A stretch of 62,890 nucleotides of DNA, filler included, from Rhabdomonas costata (taxonomy: Eukaryota): assembly GCA_019059605.1 (NCBI GenBank). It is 55 parts of 55 records of this genome, joined end to end, with 100 filler letters (N's around TTAATTAATTAA, not from the genome) between each part and the next. Parts side by side here need not be neighbours in the genome. Positions count along the whole stretch, not along the records: positions 35,523 to 36,568 come from JAHMHO010031600.1; positions 36,669 to 37,714 come from JAHMHO010031601.1; positions 37,815 to 38,856 come from JAHMHO010031602.1; positions 38,957 to 40,002 come from JAHMHO010031603.1; positions 40,103 to 41,147 come from JAHMHO010031604.1; positions 41,248 to 42,293 come from JAHMHO010031605.1; positions 42,394 to 43,438 come from JAHMHO010031606.1; positions 43,539 to 44,583 come from JAHMHO010031607.1; 47 more parts are not named here. One strand, given 5' to 3'. A model generated the notes under the pieces. That model was not told the origin of the DNA. It did not search any database and worked only from the letters and a program-made list of their open reading frames with translations. Shown in pieces: positions 36,219 through 48,327 of this stretch. Made by a program: the position numbers and the translations under genes. The stretch's first letter is position 1. Each line of letters starts with the position of its first letter.

Positions 36219-36560
36219 ATGTGCTTGCACGGCAACGCGTGTAGAAACCGGTGCTGCGCGTTCACCCATCCGAAAGAAAGCTCCAGTGTCGTTTCCGCGA
36301 GAAAAATCCCCAACCCCCCAAGGAAGGAGTGTGTAGTCGCAGAGACCTTAGCAGCAATGGAGCAATGCAGGTAGCCGCTGGAAAAGAGCAGCTGCGCGAC
36401 AAAGGGCCGGGACCCATGGGGCTGTAATGAGGTTACCATATGTGGAACGTTTGGCGGTGAGCCGGTTCCAATTCCCCACGGCGCCGTTCGCACCAACGGC
36501 ACCTCTCGCGAGCACCCGTGGCCAACAGCGCGTGCGGCCGTCAGTCCACAGGGTCACCAA
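36219..36560. repeat. Dispersed repeat of about 340 bp, copy B (intronic)
   Basis: Homologous to 32312-32654. Confidence 0.9.
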
Positions 36561-38722
36561 AACCCAACNNNNNNNNNNNNNNNNNNNNNNNNNNNNNNNN
36601 NNNNNNNNNNNNTTAATTAATTAANNNNNNNNNNNNNNNNNNNNNNNNNNNNNNNNNNNNNNNNNNNNGTGGTTGTTGAGGCACTGAGCGGGATCTGCTC
36701 GTTGGCTTGTTCTGCGATGTACTCAGTTTCCGGGGGGTCGGACTGTGAATGTACACCTAATCAGGAGTGGGTTGACCCCACACGGCTTTCACGCCGACTC
36801 CCCAGATGGGAGCCCCCGGGCTCGCGGCACCACCATTGATGGGGTACGCTGTTACTCTCCTTGTGAGTGTGCTTGCGTGTCAGCAGTGCTGCAAACCAAA
36901 GGGAGCATGACGCCCCATGTGTGCCCACTTAAACGGGGCATCTCATTGCTGCAACGCGGTTGCCCAGCGCGCAAACGTCTTTCGGCAAACGTCTCCAAGC
37001 ATCCCGCTCCCTTTTGTCTAATTGCAAGTGGCTGCGCAGAAGCCGGCAGAATGTCTTCTGTGCGTGGCGCGGAGTCAACAGGGCGATGTTGGTGACCCCG
37101 CGGGGGGTTGGGCGATACACATCACTGCAGAAGGTTTTTCCATGGACCCCAACCTTCGACTCCAACCTTTGCACAGACATACAGATATGTCCTATCCTAT
37201 CTGTATATATGCATCATATATGCAGTTGGATGACTCGCTACCGCCCATGGGGAGAAAACTCAAAACAGTTTTAAGCGCTTTTTTACATGTGATTACGGAG
37301 GGGAGAACTGGTAACGGTAACGGTTACCGCATAATAACCACACAACTGTCTGACCATCACTACATTCCCGTCTAACCTCACTGTGATGGTCAACCACGGC
37401 AACCGTGATAACCACAAGTCCTTTCGGGCCATGGAGCCGAACATACGTCTTCGGGGGAGTGGGCCCGGTGGAGGAACTGGGGTAATCCCCGGTTTTCTGC
37501 AGTGTGAGCATCGTGGAGGGCCTCTCCTGCAGCCCCTTGAGAGCCTCAAGGAGCCTGCGAGCTGGGGCGATCTGTCCCCCACCTCGGTGCCTTTCATCGG
37601 AGATGGCCGAGGTCGCGCTCCTGAGATACTGCTCCAGCAGGGACACAGCCTGAGAGCTGCCTGAGCGTGTGCGCCACTCCGACGTGCGGACCAAAGCAAG
37701 GGCAACCACACAACNNNNNNNNNNNNNNNNNNNNNNNNNNNNNNNNNNNNNNNNNNNNTTAATTAATTAANNNNNNNNNNNNNNNNNNNNNNNNNNNNNN
37801 NNNNNNNNNNNNNNTTTGTTGGGGAGGGGAAAGGTGGTGCATTGTTCTAATTGTGGTCCAAATAGGGTGGCTTTCGTCGAAGAATTGCACTTAGGCGTGG
37901 AGCTTGCTTCAGTGACACATACAAGGAAGGCACTTGCTACGCGACGATGCAAAGCGGAGCGGGTTGCAGGGATTGGGGTAAAGAAATACTTTAAAAAAAA
38001 AGACAACTCGGATCGGCGCCAAAGTGCCCAAACAAACACAGCGGTAGACATCGAAAGTGTGACCAAGCGGAGAATGCCTCCCTCCTGACGTTATCTCGCA
38101 AGGACTCAGAGAAAGTGAAACCCACCCCTGGAGCGGACCCGTAATCCAAAGAAGAAGCGCACACAAGGAAAGGCTCATCTAACCCAAACTTACAGCGACG
38201 CTTACCACAAATGCCCATCAACCTGCGCATACGACTCACGTGTGAGGCGGGGGGGGGGGCTGTGGGGGAATCAATAATATATTACAGTCTAAAAAGGAAC
38301 TGAGGTGTTCAATGCACTTGTTTGGTTGTCGCAATCTGATGGTGGTTTCATGGTTATGTGCAGGAAAATCACCGCAGCCTTCACCTGCTCCTCGCCCGGC
38401 ACCACCCGGCAACGACGCCCAAAGTCCAGAGCCCGTGTGCCGCAGTGATGCTGCTGAGGAGCCTAACTCTTCTGGCGAAGCTCCTAGTGTTTAATATCCT
38501 TGTCCATGACTCTTCGTTGCATGTTCGCGGGTGAGGAGTGTGTGCATGGACCTCAGCCTGTTCGAAGAACTTTATTGTTGATGGCGATTCCGTTTGCGCT
38601 GGCATATGCACCAAATAGCAACGCAGAAACACTTGACAGTCAGCTTCCTCAACCTAAAATAAAAAGCGCGCCAACGGCGCCGTGGAATGGCTTGATGTAG
38701 ATCGGGTACCCCGAAAAGTTCC

Positions 38723-38852
38723 TTGTGTGGACTTATGCTGAAGGAGTGTTTCCGATTGCAATGAGTTTTATAATAAAAATATCGGCGTGGTTGTATTTTT
38801 ATTATAAAACTCATTGCAATCGGAAACACTCCTTCAGCATAAGTCCACACAA
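38723..38852. repeat. Perfect 59-bp inverted repeat at contig end (probable WGA fold-back)
   Basis: 38723-38781 versus 38794-38852. Confidence 0.9.
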
Positions 38853-40201
38853 CCACNNNNNNNNNNNNNNNNNNNNNNNNNNNNNNNNNNNNNNNNNNNN
38901 TTAATTAATTAANNNNNNNNNNNNNNNNNNNNNNNNNNNNNNNNNNNNNNNNNNNNGGGGTTTGGGTTGAGCTTAGGCTTTCCGCGGGGCTCGGCGGGTC
39001 GTCGGGCACTCTCAGGGGCCGGGTTTAACACAGAGGACGGGGCTGAGCTCACTACGTTGCATAGCAGGTCCAGCGGAGACAGCGCGGTGGACGGGGAAGA
39101 GGAAGGAGAAGGTGCGGGGGCTGTGACTTTGCAGTGCCGTGATCGCCGCGATCCGGAAGACTTTTGCCGTGACATCTTCGCCGAAGAAGTGGCCTGAGGG
39201 GCACCCGCTCCGCGGATTTTTTCGAGCAAACAGTCAGCGTAAGAGGAAGAGCCGGTCGATGGCGAACGCCGATGGCGCTGCCTTGACGTCGTTGACAGCG
39301 GCCTCTGCACCACCACTTCCGTAGCATTTAGACGAGGAAGAAAACCAGGGACAGCCTCCAGCTGCACCTCTGACAGGCGGGGCAAAGGTGACGTGACAAC
39401 TGTCGATGCAGGAACTGCAGCAGGCGCAATAAAAGTTCGGGATGCTTCAGCGGAGCAGGAGCTCCGGGTGAAGCACGGCGGAGTGAGGGGTCTCCTTGCA
39501 AGTTTGCGACGACAGCCGAGAAAATCTGCTTGAACTTGACCGGCAAGAGGTTTTCCATCCTTGGTCGTCGGCCTGCAGCATTGCCGAAATGGATAAAAAT
39601 GAAACCACACACCGATGTGAGGCATTCAGCATTCTTGTCATACTGACACCTCCATCACTGTGAAACAACCCTGCTTTAAATCTAATTTGTCAACACTGGG
39701 AACCCCCTCCCACACACACAGACCAAATTCTCACATTGTTCGAATGCTTTAACTGAAGGTTCTGCTGTTAAGCAACGAAAGTGACATTTGAGGACAAGGT
39801 GAACCCCCACCGAAAATTAAAGGTCTATTCCCAGCAGCGAATTCCAGCGGTAATGTGAAGGAAAGTTCTGGGGGTTTGACTCTTCCCAATGCCTAAAATG
39901 TCCACTTTTGGTGTTTTGGTGGGACCAACATTATTTCCGACCCAAAATCCCACAATAACAAACCCAAACGGTAATTTGGAAACTCTTAAGAACATAAAAA
40001 TGNNNNNNNNNNNNNNNNNNNNNNNNNNNNNNNNNNNNNNNNNNNNTTAATTAATTAANNNNNNNNNNNNNNNNNNNNNNNNNNNNNNNNNNNNNNNNNN
40101 NNTTGTTTTGTAACTGGCGCTTTGGGGCTCTCCATCCTTGAGGCGGCCCTGTCCAGATGCCACATATTTTGCACAACGGCATTCTGTGGGGATGCCTGCA
40201 G

Positions 40202-40829
40202 GTTGATTCTGTGGTCTACGTGGCCTGTGTGGCCCTCGTGGCAGCCCCGATTTACTCCTTCCTCGAGTTCCGGGGGTACGGCAAGCTTCACAGCGGTCTC
40301 AAATCTCCGCAGGTGGCAAGCCGCGGCGAAACTCCTCTCCTATGAGTTGCTCTCTTGGAGTGCGAAGCAGAGAATACTGACTTCATTGCGTGAGTCGTAG
40401 AGATGGAGACGTAGCCTGGGGCGTAGATTCGGGCCTTGCCTTGTGACTAATTGGGCGCGTATACATCCCCTTTTGCGAGAGTTTTATGGTGGCGTGGCTA
40501 ACTGCATGTAAGGTTTGTGCTTGTGACTGCGTTGGGCTGGAGGTTGGTGGGTAGTTGTGTGTGTATGCTCAGCTGGCCAAGTTGGCGACGCTGGCCTCGT
40601 GGTCCTTGCTGTGCACGCTGCTGTGGGTGATGGCACTGGCCCGGCTGCACCCCTTGCGGATGGTTGTGGGGGAGGCCCTGCAATACTTCTTCTTGCTAGT
40701 TTTTGGGCTGTGGTGGGGCTGGAGGGCCTCCCCGGGGGCCCGGCCCCCCTCGCTTCGCACCGGCCGCAGGGCCTGTGCCGCCTACCTCGCCGGGCTGGTT
40801 CTCCTGGCGTGCGCTCACAACTTGTTCCG
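40202..40829 (+). CDS. Multi-pass membrane protein, two exons (40202-40312, 40573-40829), family unknown
   Basis: Hydrophobic helices and GC-rich codons; in-frame phase-0 GT-AG intron 40313-40572. Confidence 0.6.
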
Positions 40830-41247
40830 GTGTGTGGTTAGCTGACAGGTGACATGCCGGCAACGGCGAAAAGAAGTTCCAAGAGTAGAGTGAAGTCGAC
40901 AAACTTGATCGCTTTTGCATTTGAAAAAGGCGGCATACCGCAGAAAAGCAAGGCGGACCCTGACTGCATGTGAGAGAGATGCCGCTGTGCAACCTGGCTC
41001 GTCCTGGGGACCTTCGCATCCTAGGATTCGACCCGGTGTGAGTGTGGACCTGGACGCCAGCATTGTCCACCCCTTGCTGCTCACCGCCAACTTTACACCA
41101 GAAGTGGCGAATGCAGCTGGGGTTCGGCACAAAGTACAAACAAACAANNNNNNNNNNNNNNNNNNNNNNNNNNNNNNNNNNNNNNNNNNNNTTAATTAAT
41201 TAANNNNNNNNNNNNNNNNNNNNNNNNNNNNNNNNNNNNNNNNNNNN

Positions 41248-41790
41248 TGTGTTGGTGTACGCGCACCCAGGTACAGCGTGGATGGAATTGGTGGTGCTGA
41301 CCCAGATTGCGATAAACAGCGCCACAGTTTCCAACACGTAGCACAGCCCTTTTTACCTCAACTATGGGTACCACCCTGTGTTCTGGTGGGATCTTCTGAA
41401 AACACCAGAGCCAGGTCCAGGAGCTAAAATGGAACCAGTGCATTACCAGGTAAAAAAGATGAAAGCTACGTGGAAACATGTTAGAGCAGCGTTTGAGAAA
41501 GAGAAGCTAAAGGCAGCAGCGTAATCGAATCTGAAGAGAGAGGATTACCAGTTTTGTGTTGGAGAAGATGTACTGATTAGCAAGAGGAAGCACTACGGAG
41601 GAAGGTTTGGAGATCCTTCAGAGATGCTGATGCCGAAAGCCGTAGAACATTTTACCATTGTAAAGAAGATTACTTACACGACTTTTGTTCTGGATATACC
41701 GAAGTATCTGAGAGAAAGATCACATCCAGTGTTCCACTCGAGCGACCTCATCCCTTACGAGACGCGAGCTTTTTTAGATCCCGTGGGGAT
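41248..41790 (+). mobile_element. Decayed Ty3/Gypsy integrase C-terminus (GPF/Y, SH3_Tf2-like)
   Basis: AINSA..SPFYLNYGYHP, FCVGEDVLIS and FTIVKKI..FVLDIP..HPVFHSSDLIPY. Stops present. Confidence 0.85.
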
Positions 41791-42393
41791 GTTGCCAGAG
41801 GAGAGTGAAGATGAAGGTGGCAGTCAAGGACCCGATGAGCCAAGAGACGCGCCAGACCCAGGTGAGGATGGATATCCCTCGGTCGAGAGGTCGAGATCAG
41901 AGAGTTCAGTTTCGGAGTCAGAAGGAGATTTAAAACGTGGTGGAGCGGGATGAGGTGTCTTCCACCGATCGAAGTCGAAAAGGTTTAGAGGAAGATAAAG
42001 GTATGGATCCATCGGAGTTTCAAGATAAATTGAGAATATCGACTCAAAGGAAGGTTCACGAAGAAGGGATGGAGAGTCCTCTCAACTCAGAAGATGAGTA
42101 CAAGTCAAGTGGAAGTCAAACGCCATTGAAAAGACCAGACAAAGAGGACTAGGAATATAATTTCGAAGGACTGGACCCAGTGTGGAGTCCAAAAATCGGA
42201 AGAGGAGGTGGTTGAAGAGTTGTCAGAGTTTCCAGTCCCAGCTTGACCAGTGGAGTACGACATTGAACAGGAAGACAACTCTTCAACAACCCCNNNNNNN
42301 NNNNNNNNNNNNNNNNNNNNNNNNNNNNNNNNNNNNNTTAATTAATTAANNNNNNNNNNNNNNNNNNNNNNNNNNNNNNNNNNNNNNNNNNNN

Positions 42394-42708
42394 ACAATGG
42401 CGTCGCGCTTGTACAGCCCCAACGTCATTGCTGTTGGGAGCAGTTTGAAGGGCGAAAACTCGTATTCGTACACCACCGACTATGCTGTGGGTGTGCCCCT
42501 CATCGATCGATATACGCGTGTCGTCTTGGAGTATATGGAAAAAGTGACGCGAACGTCGGCTCAGACCCTGCAAGAATTGTTTTCAAGTGTTGGCGAGGCC
42601 AGGACGTACTCAACACAGTTTGTCCGCTCTGACCTATTTCATCGTCCGTTGGACGAGGTGCGCATCACCGACTTTTTGGGGTGTGTGGCACAGGTGCAAC
42701 TGACGTAG
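42394..42708 (+). CDS. GPI8: GPI-anchor transamidase catalytic subunit (Gpi8/PIG-K), 3' end, fungal
   Basis: LYSPNVIAVGSSLKGENSYSY..VGVPLIDRYT..VRSDLFHRPLDEVRITDFLG matches the fungal Gpi8 C-terminal region. TAG at 42706-42708. Confidence 0.88.
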   Translation, partial: TMASRLYSPNVIAVGSSLKGENSYSYTTDYAVGVPLIDRYTRVVLEYMEKVTRTSAQTLQELFSSVGEARTYSTQFVRSDLFHRPLDEVRITDFLGCVAQVQLT

Positions 42709-42756
42709 TCATGTTCCGCACACGTCCCTCTCGTTGTGCTATGGTATGCTCTACGT

Positions 42757-43438
42757 TTACTTGAACTCTTCGGTGGATCCTGTCTGTGGAAAGCGTCAGC
42801 ATGCAAAACGCACGTACCATAATGAGGCCAACTGTTGCATGTTAGTGCGCATGGTACGTACCAATCAAACCAAACAACCCAAGAATGCTGCTGAATACCT
42901 GTGCGTCGTAAGTCATGCACCATGGACATACCTCAACCACAAGAATCTTTACAAACAGTTGTGGATCGGCTGCATCAGCGACCGCGGCATTCGCACCGGT
43001 GATACCGACCGATACACCGCATACCACATTGCATAGACCCACCGTCAGACCACCCCAGAATAAGGCGTAGCCCGTGAAGTAGTTTTGCGGCGTCCATAAA
43101 CCATCGGCACCATCCTGTAGACGTCCTGATATTTTAGCAGAAAACACAATGGCCATGATAACACCGTAGATGGCCACAACTTCACAGAAAATAATGCTAA
43201 TCAAGTTCTTGGTCGTGATACGTGGCGCGCGTACACCAGCACCCAGGATCGATGATCCAGTTATAAAAATACCCCAGGCAGCACCAACCACGCTGAGACC
43301 AATACACAGGCCGATACCCGTGTTGGCCCACACGTACGGGCTCGTTTGCTCTAGGAAAGTGCCAACGGCAAACTGGTCTCCCGAACCTAAAATGAGCAAA
43401 CATACACGTACCAGTCAAAATTAGGTATCCAACACCAC
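42757..43438 (-). CDS. VMA16: V-ATPase proteolipid c'' subunit, fungal; exons 43412-43438, 42932-43386, 42862-42898, 42818-42831, 42757-42783
   Basis: [71 protein letters not shown]. Four GTAYGT...YAG introns restore the canonical sequence. Confidence 0.96.
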
Positions 43439-44395
43439 NNNNNNNNNNNNNNNNNNNNNNNNNNNNNNNNNNNNNNNNNNNNTTAATTAATTAANNNNNN
43501 NNNNNNNNNNNNNNNNNNNNNNNNNNNNNNNNNNNNNNGTGGTTGGTGGCAGTTTTACACTCAAGCGCTTAACATCGAAAAGAGTGATACGGTGATGCTG
43601 TATCATTTTTGACACATTTTTTTGACGGTCCCCTTTTCTCAGTATGATCCTACGTCACCACCCGTGGAATCTCAGTGCAGTCGTGCGATGCAAAATGGAT
43701 GAATCCAACCTTCGTCGTAAGCCTTAGTCCACAAAGTAAGGCATCAAAATGAATGCCAGAGTAAAAAACCCCGCAACAACAAAGCAATGACAAGCAACCA
43801 CCCTTCGTTTTTTTCATTTATGTGCGGGGTGGCGTCACACGAACCGCCGCCAAGTGATTGAGGTCCCGTCTCATTGTCATCGCTGATGGAAGGGCTCGGG
43901 GGAGGCTTTCGACGAAAACACAGGCTGGCTGGCCAAGTTCCAGCAGGGCATCCCTTGTGGCCTGGGCTTCCCAGACGGCAGCAAGCGCCACCTGGCGCTT
44001 AATGGGAAGTTCCGAGGCCGAAGGGGGCACACCAGCAGGCATGCTGGGCAAAGACGCGGACAAGGACGAGTGGGTAAAGGACCGGGCCTGCATCCGACAG
44101 GGCAGGCACTCAATGGCAGTGAGCCTCGGAACATCCCAGATGAGGCAAACGATGGAATGCCTCCGCATCATGCGTGCAAACGGGTCAACGACGTGCGAAC
44201 TGAGCATCGAAAAAATAATACAAGAACCGAAAGCCGGTTTCGACGGAAAGAAGAAAACAAAAAAGCCGCCTGCCTCGCTAATATGGAAACCCTGCAGCAG
44301 TGGCAAAAAAAAAAGAAGTGACACCCATTCACCAGGTAAGAACTTCAAGCTCAGTCTCCATATTTTCTTTCCATGCAGGTTTGGGGGTCATCGTA

Positions 44396-44571
44396 GGCGG
44401 AATTAGTCGCACCATTCTGCAAGATTTGCCCTGTGTCACAAGCTATTGCTCATGGCAGCATTCGGCATCTTTCTCTCTTTCACTTGGTGATGATAAAGAT
44501 GCCGAATGCTGCCATGAGCAATAGCTTGTGACACAGGGCAAATCTTGCAGAATGGTGCGACTAATTCCGCC
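44396..44571. repeat. Perfect 77-bp inverted repeat at contig end (probable WGA fold-back)
   Basis: 44396-44472 versus 44495-44571. Confidence 0.9.
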
Positions 44572-45010
44572 CACAACACCCACNNNNNNNNNNNNNNNNN
44601 NNNNNNNNNNNNNNNNNNNNNNNNNNNTTAATTAATTAANNNNNNNNNNNNNNNNNNNNNNNNNNNNNNNNNNNNNNNNNNNNAGAAACGTAAGGCGTAC
44701 ACCATTTGTGAATGACCATTCAAACCACCCCCAGATGCGCAACTGAAGCTTCCTCGTGTCCGTCCTTTCTCAGAATCTTGAATGTCCTTCCTTTCTCGGG
44801 CCCTTACCCTTTTCTCCTTCTTTTGCCTCATCTATGTTGTTCCACCTCAGATCTGCAGTCGATTACTGCCACTACTATCTGCTGCATTCAACTCTCAAAG
44901 GGGTGAGAAAGTTCAAGCTGTTGGATGGGGAAATGAACGTTTCCGAAGGAAACTTACCTTTCCACTCTTGGCAGTGGGTCTACCTGCTTCCTGCCACCCC
45001 TTCCTCACAC

Positions 45011-45279
45011 CCGCAGGGTGGCGTTGTAGGGGCTCCCGACGATCGTCAGGTTGGCCACCGTGGTGGCCAGCCAGTCTGGGCCCCAGCTGCGCGCCACGAA
45101 GCCCCCCAAGCGGTACCCGGTGAGGTTGTTGCTGACCACCCAGGCCATCTGCGAGCCCTCTAGGCGGCGATTGCCCAGGAGCTCCCCAGTCGGGAACCCC
45201 ACCATATAGTCCAGGGCAAGGGGCATCAGCGAGGCCCCCAGTAGGACCTGCTTCCGCAGCTCCACCGCAGTCACATCCC
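45011..45279 (-). CDS. Exon of an unknown, probably extracellular protein
   Basis: GC-rich open stretch bounded by AG and GT, DVTAVELRKQVLLG..TIVGSPYNATLR, with N-X-T sequons. Confidence 0.5.
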
Positions 45280-46299
45280 CTAAAAGAGGGCGCAACCGAT
45301 GGCGACATCGTCTGTCAGGGGGCCTCACCGCACCACGGCAATTGGGCCACCGGTGAGGAGCGGGAAGCATGTACGAGTGTACTGCCGAAAGGTCTCTTCC
45401 ACCAAGACCGAATTTTACAACTCTCCAAGCCGTGAGTTTGGCTCCTGTTAGCGACAGCGTGTTGCGTCGCGTCGCTTCCATCCGCGCAGGAGCAAGGAAA
45501 ACAAAAACGATGCACCTACATGCACCTACCCGAACTGTGAATGACGGGCGGGTCGGCACCAAAAGCCGAAAACAAGGAGTTTCCGTAATCTACCCCCCTG
45601 TCAGTTCAGAAGCCGTTCCCACCATCATTCAGACCACCACAGAGTCCAACAGGCAATTATTGAGGCCATAACTCAGTGAATGTCCAGGTCAAGGGTCCTC
45701 CACACACCGCCGCACAAAAAAAACCCCCNNNNNNNNNNNNNNNNNNNNNNNNNNNNNNNNNNNNNNNNNNNNTTAATTAATTAANNNNNNNNNNNNNNNN
45801 NNNNNNNNNNNNNNNNNNNNNNNNNNNNTAATTCGTGAAACATCTCCAGTATCGAAACGACGGGATAAAAAAAAGGATGCAAAAAACAGAAGGCTGACAG
45901 CATTGCAGAAAAAGACAACAACCATATGTTCCCAGGTGGCCGACCCCCTCCCCCAACATCACAAGCTCAGTGGTAATGCGATGCTTCGTTGGAACGTTAG
46001 CGGGGAGAAAATAACGCAGAGACGAAACACAAAAAGCTGTCGTTTGGTTAGCATATAACATCACTCTTTTGGAAAAATGGGGGTGGGAGATCACGTCCAT
46101 CAAGCCATATGGTAATAATATTTGAATTTTGGACGACCGAAAGAGGGTCACCAGAGGCTGTGTGGTGAGCATGGGCTGCTATCAATGGTGACCTGACGTA
46201 CCACGAGGTGCGCGGAGCTTATGCAGGTAACTTATTGCAGAACCATCGACACCTCTCTCTCTCTCTCTCTCAATCTCTCGCTTTTCTCTCTTTCACAAC

Positions 46300-46527
46300 C
46301 TCCGTGCACGATGCCCCCAGACATCGAGGCATCATATTCCACCCCGAGCACCGCCATCAAAAGGTACTCATCCCCACTGTGCAGCGTGATCCGCACCAGT
46401 CCTCCATGGCCACCGCAAGCGCCGTCCGAGCCCCGGCCGCCATCCCCACCGTGCCCCCCGGGTCCCCCGTTGGTGCCGTGGCTGTACCGGGTAGCGTCCA
46501 TCCCGGCGTGGCCCCGGGCCCCGTTGC
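46300..46527 (-). CDS. Gly-rich (GG.GG.GG, PE-PGRS/collagen-like) exon
   Basis: NGARGHAGMDATRYSHGTNGGPGGHGGDGGRGSDGACGGHGGLVRITLHSGDEYLLM. 228-nt symmetric phase-1 exon. Confidence 0.65.
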
Positions 46528-48120
46528 CTGCGCAGAGCCCGATTTTCATTTGACACACCATATATCATGGTACAAAATAACGAGAAAGAATGCGCACAGT
46601 ATCACAACAGCGTTTCCATGAGAGTCTCAAAAAGTGATCCTTAAGCCTCATCTACGTTAAATGTACCGAGGAAGTTCGGTACAGATAGAGACTGAAACAC
46701 ACTGCAGAAGAAGACACTATACCATCGCCTTGTGACGTCCGAAGAGTGGCAGAAAGCTGCATCCTATATCGGCACCACTCTGGACATCTGCTAGCTTTGG
46801 TCTCAATGTAAGTGACCAAACGTGTAATACTTGGACACCGGAAGCCTCTCTGCCAACGCATCCACCCTNNNNNNNNNNNNNNNNNNNNNNNNNNNNNNNN
46901 NNNNNNNNNNNNTTAATTAATTAANNNNNNNNNNNNNNNNNNNNNNNNNNNNNNNNNNNNNNNNNNNNGGTGGTGGGGGGCGTAAGGCAAAGGCATATGA
47001 GAAAGCGAGTAAGTTCAACGAGCACAACAAAGGAGAAGTCTCTTGGAATGTCGCAACAGCAGAAGTGTGAGCGTGTGTGTCTGAAAACCGGTATTTGTTT
47101 CCCATGTCCCGGTGGAATGTTTGTTAATGGTTCCTGGTGAAGGGATCCTAACCTCCTAGCACACAAAAAAAAGAAGACCATTTTGAAGGTGCTGGCAAGG
47201 CTCAATAAACCACACAACCTTAATACTGTGTTTCAATTGGTTTTCGATTATCAGCCCAATTGCTGACCGATCAACGATACCAGTTTGCCTAATTTCATCC
47301 TTCCGTCTGAATACTCTCTCTATCTCTCACTCTCTCACTTTTGCGTGTCTCTCACGAACGCAACATCTGAAACGGAGGTTACCACCCCTTCTCAAAGGTC
47401 AATTGCGTGGGATGTAACGATATAGCAAAATTCGGCGCGAAGAGGGAAGCCAGGCGAAGTTCTCTGCATGGAAACGCTGCAAATGAGGCGTGGCATCAAC
47501 CACTGGTTCTTTTTTTGTGTGTGTGTGTGCAGGGGAGACCGCGCTTGAAGAACTAAAAAAAGAGTACCAAGGAATCCCATTGGCATTTGCAGAAAACCCC
47601 GCCCATTACATCCCTTGTCAAAAACCACAAGAGCTTGTGGGTGGAAGAGGAAAATCGGGGGTGAAGGAACACCTGCCGTGCACGTGCGAGTGCGCATGCC
47701 CATACACAAACGCGCTTTGGTGGAGGAGAGGGGGGAGGGAAGGCATGCAATACTCCAAGTGCAGTAGGTTAGCCTCCTCTGCCGCTTCTCATCCATGTCC
47801 ACCTTGGCCAACTCCCGCACGAAGTCGCGGAAGGCGCTGGACGGGTCAACGTCCACCGGCCGTCGCTCCATTCTTTCTTCAGCGAAGGATGGGAAAGGAG
47901 CGTGACCCCGTCCGCACGCCCCACGAGCCCTATCCGCCCACCAAGATCACGTTTGCAGAAGGAAAGGAAACACGCAACCAAAGGAGTCTGCTGAAAAAAT
48001 AGGAAAACACAACNNNNNNNNNNNNNNNNNNNNNNNNNNNNNNNNNNNNNNNNNNNNTTAATTAATTAANNNNNNNNNNNNNNNNNNNNNNNNNNNNNNN
48101 NNNNNNNNNNNNNTTTTTGG

Positions 48121-48195
48121 TGTATTGCAAAGGCGCAAGCGGTTCGGGTACGAAGATCCCCTTCATACCCGAACCGCTTGCGCCTTTGCAATACA
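48121..48195. repeat. 30-bp inverted repeat at contig start (probable WGA fold-back)
   Basis: 48121-48150 versus 48166-48195. Confidence 0.88.
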
Positions 48196-48327
48196 GCAAA
48201 ATGCGTGACACTGTGCCGCTGCGCTCCTGGTTTTGGTGATTATCCGCCATCCTTGCAACCCAAAAATAGACTCCACGGCAGAGGCATTGCAGAAGACGAT
48301 GATGTGTGACAGTGGCTGTGGTGATGG

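Noticed and set aside
26355-42293. In-frame stops in transposon ORFs as evidence of an alternative genetic code
   Set aside because: The stops co-occur with frameshifts in decayed elements, and conserved host exons translate cleanly with the standard code.
47533-47880. Two exon-like segments on opposite strands (nested genes?)
   Set aside because: Neither has recognisable homology, and inversion chimeras are common in this library.
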